A stretch of DNA of 64,000 nt from Camelus dromedarius (Eukaryota). Shown here in pieces: positions 53,880 through 64,000 of this stretch. Every line of letters begins with the position of its first letter. Within the stretch, counting starts at the first letter, position 1. A model generated the notes under the pieces. The model was not told the origin of the DNA and made no database searches. It saw only the letters and a list, made by a program, of their open reading frames with translations. The position numbers were made by a program, and so were the translations under genes. The stretch is from positions 92,506,001 through 92,570,000 of the forward strand of contig NC_087472.1 of NCBI RefSeq assembly GCF_036321535.1, in the 5' to 3' direction.

Positions 53880-54040
53880 TCAGGCCATGTGGATGGGTGG
53901 GATTACACCGCAGTTACCATCAGGGCACGTGGATTCAATTCCAGACTCTGCCACACAAAACCTGTACGGGCTTGGGTACACCCTTTGCTATGTCTTAACT
54001 TTAGTGGGTTTTATAAAGTGTAAAGGGATAGGTACTTCCC
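53880..54040 (+). mobile_element. MIR fragment
   Basis: catcagggcacgtggattcaattccagactctgccacac...gggcttgggta. Confidence 0.5.
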
Positions 54041-54339
54041 TCCAACCTTATATCTAAATGGCAGCAATTAACAAGACATGATGATGACTGTGACCATTTT
54101 ATCCATTCAAGCCTTTGGAGCTAGTGAATGAATGTGGGTCCTCTATCCACCACCAGCAAGCCTTCCTCCATTTTAGGACAATCGAAATCAAGGATGCTGT
54201 GATCACCTTACTCCAAAGGTGGTGGTGAGACAGAGAATCTGATGACACCAACTTCCATATCTGACAGTGCTGAGCAAAGTTGAGGCCAATCACTAGTTCT
54301 GGAACTGAAGGTCAATGACAGGGATGGTAGGTGATCTGA

Positions 54340-54525
54340 CTCTCTCATTGTAGTGCACAAGTTCAGATCTCAGTTCTGTGGTTATATGATCCTGGTAAGT
54401 TAGTTGGCTTCTTAAAGACTTAGTTCTGTCATCTATAAAATGGACTGATTCATTGTATTCTTGTTGTGAGAGTTAAGCTACTAAGCACTTGGTCTGACAT
54501 ATAATGAGCACTTAGTAAGTATACA
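54340..54525 (+). mobile_element. MIR SINE
   Basis: gttcagatctcagttctg...cttagttctgtcatctataaaatgg...gttgtgagagttaag...tctgacatataatgagcacttagtaa. Confidence 0.65.

Positions 54526-54554
<29 letters not shown>
54526..54554. repeat. (CTG)9 trinucleotide repeat at a MIR tail
   Basis: Directly visible. Confidence 0.95.
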
Positions 54555-54556
<2 letters not shown>

Positions 54557-57229
54557 CCACCCACGTTCACACCTTTTTCCATAAACACATTACTTCAAAG
54601 ATAAGACAGCAAATCAAATGACATGCCACTTGGTAGCAAATTTTTTAAATGACCAGAGGAGTAACTGGATTTTAGGAATACAATAGACCAGTATGTAATA
54701 AATAGCAAGCTGAAAGCTAGCCTTAAAAAGAAATTCAGGTGGACTACGGTTTTAAAATGTTTTTGCATATGCATGTGTGCACATAAAAGGAAAAGAAATT
54801 TAATGAAGAACAATAGTTTTACTTGGCAATCATATACTCCACTAACAAAAGAACTTGTATTAGTTTTTAATTAAATATTTCCATTTATCCATTCAGTTGC
54901 CATATTTTGAAAGCCTACAATGAACCAAAAAGTACAGTGAATTTTGAGCTAGGTGGCAGCCCCACAGACCCTAGCAGTTGAAGGATCCAAGTTAAAACAA
55001 AATTTTAGCTTCTATTTTTATCCATATCCACTGTATGTGGTTATTGCAAAGGCTTTTGAGCTCTACCCATCCCATTGCGATCTGCTCCACTGTGAGAGTA
55101 GGAGTCTAACGAGGTGTCTTTGAACTATTCAAATTCCCCTGCCAAAGTTATACCTACCATTTTCCAATCCTTAACAATGAATGATAGCCTCTGCCTCTTC
55201 CACTGAGCTGCCTCTAGAGGGCAAAATATTCCCAATCTATCAAATGTCTAAGTATTTTATTCATCATATAGACACATCCGTACACACAGCCTGCTGCAAA
55301 TTGGAAAACCACCATGTGTCAAATACAGTATAGGCAATCTTGTCACTCATGAGAAAAAAATGTTCTAGTTAATCATTATGAAAAGCAATAGAGAGTAAGA
55401 GGTTTTCTGGTAATATTAAGTTCATTCCCACTGCTAAACTTCCACTGTGAGTGCTAACAAGTTTCTAGACTTATTTTGTTTTCATTGTCCCACTTTTAAA
55501 AAACCTATTACATGTAGATAGTGCCAAATACTGCCTCCTTAGCCCCTTAGCATTTGTTATGAAGATTACTAGCACAGTGCTGAGCAGCATTTTCTATTAC
55601 TCTGAAGAAATAAGATTTGCAAATATAAAAGAATGTTATTAATTTGCATATGCCATGGTTTGGCTGAAAGGTTCTCTGTTATTGACCACATATTAATCTT
55701 GAGGGTTAAAAAAGAGCAACAAGATCTTTCTGGGGTTTTTTGTTTTGTTTTTTTATTTGAAGTAGGAGAAGTCAATATTAATGCCTTTTAAATGGCTTCT
55801 GTAACAAAACCCAACTTCTATCTTTAGAAAATAGCAAGAAAGTTCTTTCAAAGTTCCATCTGGTTGTTATTTTAATAAAAAATACTTTGACTAATTCAGC
55901 TTATGCAATGCCTTAACACTGTTGCACTGTGATAACCCAGGGTAGCTGTCTGTCAGCAGACATATTCCATACCCTCTAAGCTCCCCTGAGATAAGCATCC
56001 AGCTTGACAGTTTACAAGACGTTTGGGTTTGTTTCCTCTGGTAACCCTGTCACAAAAACCAAGGGAAGCCTGAAATGAAATAAATAAAAGCCCTATTAAG
56101 GCCAAAGCACATCACTTTGGCAGACTAGGTCTTAAGATCCCATTGGGTGCCTTTCCATTCATTTTCAATTAGCTAGTTTTCCTTTAATGAATTTCAGGAG
56201 GGATCTGATTTCTAGATTAGCCAGGCTAACAAAGGCCATTGGCATTCTGGCACAGTCATATTTCCATGAGGTAGAGATGAACAGTTGGGGTGAATTCTTG
56301 ATTTGTGCCCAGATGAAGAGCTGCTGTGGAGAGGGAAAGATTTTAAAAACGGTGAGCTCTGGCACCACTTGGGTTGGATTCTGGACAGGTAAGCTTTAGA
56401 TGTATTACTAAACAGGTGAAAAGTTCCAAGAGACCAGGTGGACTAGGAAAAAATTAAAAAGTGGCAACATTATGTGTTAGCCTTTCAAGACATAGTTTGC
56501 TGGGTTTAAGAACTTGAAAGAAAAGAAGAGTGTATATGGCCACACCCTTGGTAAGAGACAAAGATTCCTCTGAACAGATAAAAGGATGAATGGAGTTTGA
56601 AAATGAAATTCGGGAAATGGATTTTCAGAAGGGGGTAAAGGAAACTGATTTTATAGAGAAAGAGATCACAAGGGTAAAGAGATCCAAAGTCAATATAAAG
56701 CATCGTGGCAGCCACTGAGAAGCATTTTATGCATTGTCACCAACAATGCTGGTTCCCTAGAATAAGGGTTTTAACAGTACTTGGTAACCACCTCTGCTTC
56801 CTTTTAATATCATGCCTCCAAATGAATCCCTTTAGGGAAAAGAACAGATGTGTGACAGCCGTAAGAATATTTATATCAATGTACCTACTTCCACCAGGTA
56901 GGAAGTATATCCTAAAGCACTTTTTTGCTTTATATTCTTCATTCTCTCTATTTTTTTTTTTTTGCTTTTCTTGGAAGCAAAACACCAATCAAGGTTTATT
57001 ATTTCCCTAGGTTTTCATAGAAAGCTCAAGCAGTTATGAACTTTCTCCTTAATTTATTAATTTTGATACCTAACAGTAAAATAATCTGCAGAGAAATATA
57101 CATTTTTATGTGTTTCCTATAATACATACAAATCTAGAAGAAGAAAGGATTAAAGTCTTATGTCTCTTCTGCTGTTCTTCAGGTCAGTAAAATTTTTCCT
57201 GTAATAAAAACCAATAATACCATCATTAC

Positions 57230-57380
57230 AAATATAATGAGGGCTGAAAATGTACTGGTCACTTTACTAGGCACTAGGTATACATGAGCTCATGAAATCC
57301 TGAACAAGGTCTATTCCCATGTTATAAATAAGAATTGGAAAAAAGAGCATTGAGGAATCTTGCCCTACGTTACAAAGTCA
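57230..57380 (-). mobile_element. MIR fragment
   Basis: actttactaggcactagg...ctcatgaaatcctgaacaag...attcccatgttataaataagaa. Confidence 0.5.
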
Positions 57381-59354
57381 TTGAACACATTTATGTTTTG
57401 CTTCAGAGTCAATATGACAATGTCTTCAATATTCCTTAGAGTCTTTCGTACAATGTAAGTTCCAATGGGAATTAGAGAACGGAGCCCAGTCACAGTTAAC
57501 TTGTGGGCATAACTGATAGTTGTGTCCCTGCAGGAATAAGTAGAAGGAATCTTTGAGAGGCACTGAGGTGACACCAAGTTCTATATGGCCTTAGATCCCA
57601 AACCCACTGGGTTTTTATGAAGTAAGAACAACTTGAAACATCTAAATACAGTCGTTTTTTTTTGTTGGTTTTTTTTTGCTCATGGCAGAAATGGGCATGC
57701 AGGTCTATGCCCTGAGCTCCAGCTCTTACAGGTTAACTGGTAAAACGAAAATGGGCCTCAGTTCTACAGAGATGGGGCAAAGCTGACATTCAATGAGAGA
57801 AACTACAAGTTGGGTTTCACTCTTGGTACTATCCCAGAAAGTCATTTTAAGCTCCAGCTCATCGTTTTTCTGATCTCCCTTCTCTCTACTTAGATGATTC
57901 GCACAGAAGGAAAACCAGAAATCACTTTTCAGCTCATTGCCTTTGGACAGGGAGGGTATTATTACCTGTTTTTACAAATGAGGCAACAGAGTCTCAATCT
58001 TTCTGTAAATTGATTACTGAGACAACAGTTTTAGACTGTATCTGAGAGATCCTGTTTCATAAAACCACGATCTTTTTGGTTGCACTTAGTAGGTGCTCAG
58101 TAAACATCTGTGGAAGAAAGAATGAGCTGATACACAGTGTGTGGGTCATTAGAATTCCCATCACCTCCATCCCAGTGTGGTTCATCTCCTTCAGGACATC
58201 TCTCTTACTTATTGCCTCATCTATAGTGTCTCTTTCTTTTCTTTTTTCCAGAAATGTTGAACAAAGACAAAAGTGACAATGAATCTTGAAGTATTTTAAA
58301 AACTACACGTTATTATCTTTTAAGTGGATAATTTTCTGCTCAGCTGCTCGTGTAAACTGAGACCAACTGGACTGCATGCCCCTTAGGGGCAGGGTGTCTT
58401 TCTCAGGTCTTTAAGGCTGTATCCATGGGCAAAGCACACTGCCTAGCATGGGTAGAGCTCAGCAAATGTTAATAAATGAAGGTTGGCATCTACATGCAAA
58501 GTAAGAATAGCAGATGGCAGCAATAAAGATGAGAGTAAATTCTCCCCAGTGGATATTTCCCATGGGATCTCAGGAAAAGCAGATTAGGATATGAGAAAGG
58601 TTTATAATTTTCACTGTATTATATGCCTTTTTATAAGGGAAAATGAAAGAGTTTTCCCTCAGTACTCAAGGGTGCAGACATTCACTGGGCTGCATGAAGA
58701 CAAACACAGTGACAACATTCACTAAAATATTTATGCTCTTTGAGGAAACATGGGAACACAGTTATCTCTAAGAAGGATTCATACACTCCGTGTTAGAATT
58801 CAGTCCGAAATTCATACTTCACTGTAAAAGAAAAAAATTCCTATTACATTAGGAATTACATTGAAATGCTGCACCAATGATATTATATTGAAAGAAAGGG
58901 AAAACATCGCCATGATGTCCAACATGTTTGTATATTCACATTAACCAATCATCTAAATTAACAAATAACCCTGAAACAAGTCACGGGCATTCAGTGACTT
59001 GAGCCTGGAGGGGAGGTGATTTGCAGGTGGTAAGCTCTATTAGGAGATTAGCTGATCTGATCTTCTAGATAACAGAGAGCTGACCCAGTTCCTGATGTTC
59101 ATATGCAAAGAGTGGACACCATTAACAATCTAGTGCAAAGACATCGCACACTTCATCTATTTAAAATGATTAAAGGGTCTGTATTTCTTTTCTTTTCTGT
59201 TCTTTTTTTCTTAGAGAAATCATTTCTGGATGGTAGCAAATAAATTTTAGCAGTTGTGAATGGAAAAGAAGAATCAGAGAACACAGATCTAAATTTTGAA
59301 TGCCAAGAAGATGCAGCTGTTGAAAACTACTGGATTAACGGTGCTTAAACTCTG

Positions 59355-59538
59355 GCTCTGCAGGGTGATCCCTGGACCAGCAGCAGCAGCAGCAGCATCA
59401 CCAAGGCGCTCATTAGAAATGCACAATCTCAGGCCCCACCTCAGACCTAGTGAACCAGAATCTACACTTAACGATCTCCCGATCTCCCCAACCCGTCTCA
59501 GGTGATCCTATGCACATTAACGTTTTGAGAAGCAGCTG
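59355..59538. mobile_element. MER5A hAT-Charlie DNA transposon with internal (CAG)6
   Basis: ccctggaccagcagcagcagcagcagcatcacc...ttagaaatgcacaatctcaggccccacctcagacctagtgaaccagaatct...caggtgatcctatgcacattaacgttttgagaagcagctg. Confidence 0.85.
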
Positions 59539-59799
59539 TTTCAGGAGGGAACAGCAAAGAACCTCACAGGACAGGCTGCTTGCTTGGTACCCATTCACTG
59601 AGCCGACCCCTTTTTTGTCCAAACAGATTTACATCAGAAGGTGTGTTTTTCAGTTTCTGCAATGACTTCATTTGCTGTGGTGGAAGCAGTTCCAAACTAA
59701 AAGGCACATCCATATGCAAGAAGGAAAACATTTATCATTTAGAAACTTGCTTTTCCAAAAATACAACTATGTTTCATATATTTATTCCAGCAACTTTTC

Positions 59800-59970
59800 A
59801 AACTCGGCTGAAGATTATAATCACCCATAATGTTTTAAAAACTAATGCCTTAATCAGGGCTCCTGCTCTGGACTATTCCAAGGTGGTAATTTTGAGAGAT
59901 GATCCAGATTTTTGTATTTTCAAAACTCCACAGACAATTTTGATGTACAATTAGGATGGGGATTTATGGC
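59800..59970. mobile_element. MER5-family fragment
   Basis: ttttcaaactcggctg...ttttaaaaactaatgcct...tgtattttcaaaactccacagacaattttgatgtacaa. Confidence 0.5.
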
Positions 59971-60438
59971 TTTATTCTTTGGCTGTTAATATGCAAGGTA
60001 TCCTGGAGGGGTGCCTCCTGAGGGATGCTAACCCAGGCAACTTCAGCCTCTTGATGTGGTCTTGGGGTAGTGTCCGTTAGACGTGCCCCTATCATTTTTT
60101 TCTATAAGGTTTCTGATTTCTGGAGCCCCCCTTGAAAGTTCAAGATGCTCACAGCTCATCCTGCCTAAGTTGAGTGGCAGCCTCTGAAAACATTGTGTGA
60201 TAGACTGAGTGATTTACACCACTGCAAACCAAGGCAGGAAAAGAGGTAAAGTAGATAAGCAATACTGAAGTGATTTTCCTCCTTAGTCTTGCCTAGGCCA
60301 TGCCAGGCTCATAAATTTCTGGGCAGTCAAGAAGTCATCCCCCTCCTTAAAAAACAGGACATGTCAGGGGACTAAAAATCTCCACGGAATGCACTTTTAT
60401 AGGAAGAAGAAATCAATTCATTCATAAAGCTGGCAGTA

Positions 60439-60656
60439 CAGTGGACCACTGAACAATGCTGAAGTTAGGGGTGCCCACCATCCCTGCAGTTGAAAATCTG
60501 AGTATAACTCAGAGTCAGCCCTCTGTATCCACAGCTCCTCTGTATCCAAGATTTCAACCAACCTCGGATCATGTAGCATTGTGGTATTTACTATTGAAAA
60601 ATTCGTTTGTAAGTGGATCTACACACTTTGAACCTGTGTTGTTCAAAGGTCAACTG
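60439..60656. mobile_element. MER8 (Tigger-family MITE)
   Basis: TIRs cagtggaccactgaacaa / ttgttcaaaggtcaactg; TA TSDs at 60437-38 and 60657-58. Confidence 0.85.
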
Positions 60657-60769
60657 TATTCAACAGATGGTACTGACCTCAATCAAAGAAGCAGATGAGT
60701 AGAGAAGTACTGCAAAGGGTAGGGAACTAAGAAGGGACTTACCATGAACTCTTGGAAGGAGATTTTGAG

Positions 60770-61990
60770 AGTAAGAGCTTTTTATAATAGACTCTCTGGA
60801 TTAAAGGACATTTCTCTTCCCTCAACACCCTGTATGCTTCCTTGACTGGAGAACTGTCTACTTAGTCACAGTCTGCTGTATTTGTTCTAGAACTTAGGTT
60901 TGCTAGTTTACTATATAATGTAATTATGCAATAACAAATTATGCAAAGGGATGAAATGTGAGTGCAAAATAAAAAAGTGGCTTCTATAAAAACTAAGTTG
61001 AAAATTATGACAAGGTTGAATTAAGTGAGTCACTATGTAAAAGTGAAATCATACAGTATTTGTCCCTCTGTGTCTGGCTTATTTCACTTAGCATAATGTA
61101 CTGCAGGTCCATTCATGCTGTTGCAAATGGCAGGATTTCCTTATTTTTAAAGGCTTTATAGCAATCCATGGGATATATATACCACAATCTCTTTATCCAT
61201 TCATCTGTTGATGGATATTTAAGTTATTTTCCATGTCTTGGTTACTGTGAATACTGCTGCAGTGAACAAGACAGTGCAGGTATCTCTTTAAGATTCTGAT
61301 TTAAATTTCTTTGGATAAATACCCAGAACGGGACCACTGGATCATATTACTAAGAAGAGAGATCTTATGTTAAGTGTTTTTACCACACACCAAAAAAAAA
61401 GATGAGGGCAGGAGGAAACTTCAGGAGATGATGGATATATTTATGTCCTTGACAGCAGTGATAGTGTCAGGGGTGTATATTTATCCGCAAACTCATCAAA
61501 TTGTGCATTCATTAAATACTTACAGCTTTTTACGTATCAATCATGTCTCAATAAAGTGTTTTTAAGGAATTAAAAATGTCTACCATCCGACCATAAAAAA
61601 ATCCAAATGGTCACTAAAACAAAGTCCTGTTAAATTAGGTATGGATGAGTCAGCTCTTAAATATGGAGGGAAATAAAAAATATAGGAGAATTCTGTAGTC
61701 ACACTGCTTCAAAATTACATTTATGTTTGACTCCATTTTAAAGAAACAGAAATTGGAAAGTGTAGATGATGCATTAAGAATAGTTTTTGCTAAAACGACT
61801 TAGAATTTCAATAAGGAAAGCACTATTTCAAGAAAAGGTCTTGGCCCTCTATGAAAAGATTCATAAATGAACATATTTATATTTGTATTAAATAAAATGT
61901 TTATTTCAAGTGTATAATCTATTTTTATGATCTCCTGCTTTAGCCTGATAACCACTGGTCTTGATTATGCCAGATAAGTGAACGCCACAC
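60770..61990 (+). mobile_element. Tigger13-like DNA transposon split by an L1
   Basis: gtgagtgcaaaataaaaaagtggcttctataaaaactaagttg... continues after ~61605 as ttaaattaggtatggatgag...aaagaaacagaaattggaaagtgtagatgatgcatta...caagaaaaggtcttggccct (degenerate transposase N-terminus). Confidence 0.7.
61036..61604. mobile_element. L1MB-type 3' end with 5' inversion (minus ~61036-61347, plus ~61348-61565)
   Basis: Reverse L1 segment gtgaaatcatacagtatttgtcc...ctggatcatat joined to a forward 3' end ggaaacttcaggagatgatggatat...ctcaataaagtg. Confidence 0.8.
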
Positions 61991-64000
61991 TAGAAAAAGC
62001 TTCAATGACATGTTTTCAAACTTCATCCACCCCCACCCACAAAGACTGGCACCAACGGCCCTCATTCCAGAAGCACAGTGTGTTGAGAGAGAATATTACT
62101 GATGGGCATGTGCTGGGTCATGGGTATTGTGTTGAGGAATATAACAATGTTGAGAACCACTAATTTGAAGACAGATATAGGCTTATTTCATGCATATATC
62201 TTGTAATGTTCCATTACAATTTGCAGCAAATTTGAACAGCCATATATGAAGTTTACCATTTAATTATGATATCCATCCAGAATGCATGTTTTTCTAATGG
62301 CAGATATTTAACTGTATTTATGAGAACAGACTCAGCAAGTTACAAAATCTACAAAGAGTTCGTATAAAAGTGAAAAGGCTTTAATCTAGACTTGTCTCAT
62401 GCTGCCCACAAATGTAGAGCTCTAGATTAAAATGTTATTTTCCATAAACTGTCAGAAGAATCTCTCACCTGTATTACTTCAAATATGTGTACCTGACAGG
62501 CCATGAAGTCTCCAAGTATCTAAAACATTGCCCCTTTGGGACAAAAAAGCACCATGTGAAAATCTTTTTTAGCAGAGCAGCTCTGCTGGATCTTATGAAA
62601 TGTGAACAGAGAGAAGCTATCTGAGGGGCTGTCCTCCACTGATTGGACCTAGGCTGAATTTGTGCACAAGTGAGAGGGAAGTTAGGGTATGAGGAGGCCA
62701 ATTCCCTTTCTGATGTACCTTGATTTGAAACCTTGTTTATCAGAGGTGTTGCATACTGGATCAAAGAAAACTGACCCAACCATGTCTTCTTAATAGAAAG
62801 TGTCAGAGATAGATGAACAAAGAGAACTGGGGTCACCTGAGCTCATGTTATATCCCAATAAGGTAGGCCTTTAATTTCTGGTTCACCCTGACAGGTGAGG
62901 TACAGTCCTGTCTTCAAGAGTATGCCTGTACAACTCACAGTCCTCAAGGTATACCACCTTAAAGTTAATCTGTACACTTCTCTTTCTTGCAGCTGATGTG
63001 CCACACTATTTATTATAATGAGAATATTATCCTTCACTTGGAACACATATAAAATATAATTTAAAAAACAGTGATTTCTACAAAGTAGTTACAATCTGAT
63101 TCAGAGGTGAATTGATTCCCAAAACAAAGAAAGGTATTAGATTTTATAAATTTTTTATCTGGTTATATTTCTAGTACAGTAAAACTCATAAGAAATTAGA
63201 AACAAGCTAAGCAATAGAAAACTCCTGTGTTAATCCTTGTCTGGGGACTAACCTTTCCCATATCAAGTTTTAAAAGTGGCAATAATCAAAACATAATAAT
63301 ATGAAAAACACGGAAAGGAAGTCATAATTTATCAACCAATGGTAAAAATGGAGGTAAGACCAGTGAGCTGCCTTTTAAACTAAATAATCAAACTTGAAAG
63401 ACCCTCTCTTAGATGGCATGGAATTGCTTGACCTGGTCATACTTATTTGTGTTCATACATGAAGCACTGGACCCAAGCCACAGTATAAAGCTAAAGTAGA
63501 ATAGATTTCTAGTTACAAAGCCATTCAGCATGGCTTCTTCAAGGGAAAGTCCTTGATAAATATTACTCAGATGAATGAATAGCAACAGCTATTACAACAT
63601 CATGCACAGCTTTTCATAGTGTATATTCTATATGGCCTTGCAGAAGCAGTCTCCAAGTTATATTCCATTTAATCCAAGTTTCTCTACAGATATCAATAGA
63701 TTCTGTGGGCAAAAAGGGTTCTCTGTTCAAATGCTCGTAGGGCATACTGTGTGCTAAGAACGTCCCTCAGAGCATCAACATACATACCAGCAAATTAAAA
63801 GTTCTGACAAGTCCCGCAGGCATTTATTAAATGTACCTGTATTGATTTGTTTTTCCCCAAATTGATCAAACTTCGTAGAACTATTTACCAAGGAATACTT
63901 ATGAATATCTCCCAGAAAACTGACATACTATGATATAGTTTGGTCTATTGCCATACAGACATATGTCTTCAATCAAACTATCCTAAAGTAGATAAGAGCA

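Noticed and set aside
58226..58290. Strong polypyrimidine acceptor followed by MLNKDKSDNES*
   Set aside because: No recognisable protein or partner exon; such tracts are common by chance
59296..59954. Overlapping ORFs, including a poly-Ala run
   Set aside because: They derive largely from MER5 elements and their CAG run
62474..62836. 120-aa minus ORF
   Set aside because: No ATG start at the given coordinate, no recognisable domain and no convincing splice context
1..64000. CRISPR array, operon, tRNA/rRNA genes or another novel multi-gene system
   Set aside because: No regularly spaced repeat-spacer array, long ORF or structural RNA signature was seen; the content is typical mammalian non-coding DNA

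Overview
This is AT-rich, CpG-poor mammalian genomic DNA that reads as intron or intergenic sequence, not prokaryotic DNA. I find no recognisable intact protein-coding gene, RNA gene, CpG island or CRISPR array. Most of the short ORFs are chance frames; the real coding relics are LINE-1 ORF1/ORF2 fragments and possibly one CR1-type reverse transcriptase fragment. Much of the window is transposable-element fossil record: MIR, L2, L3/CR1, MER5A, MER8, MER44, MER104, a Tigger13-like element, old ERVL/MaLR LTRs, old L1M pieces and younger L1 insertions with target-site duplications (TSDs). The young L1 3' ends resemble, from memory, camelid L1, and I see no Alu, B1, Bov-tA, PRE1 or Can-SINE; a camelid origin is inference. 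The most notable structures are: two independent solo ERV1-type LTRs of one family 1.2 kb apart, each with its own 4-bp TSD; a 5'-inverted L1 with a possible short 3' transduction inside a Tigger element; a young L1 nested in an old L1 ORF1; a 20-bp exact copy 800 bp from its source; a TSD-flanked A-only micro-insertion; and a few candidate exons. I found no support for a novel biological system. Repeat family names come from recall of consensus sequences, and boundaries without a TSD are approximate.
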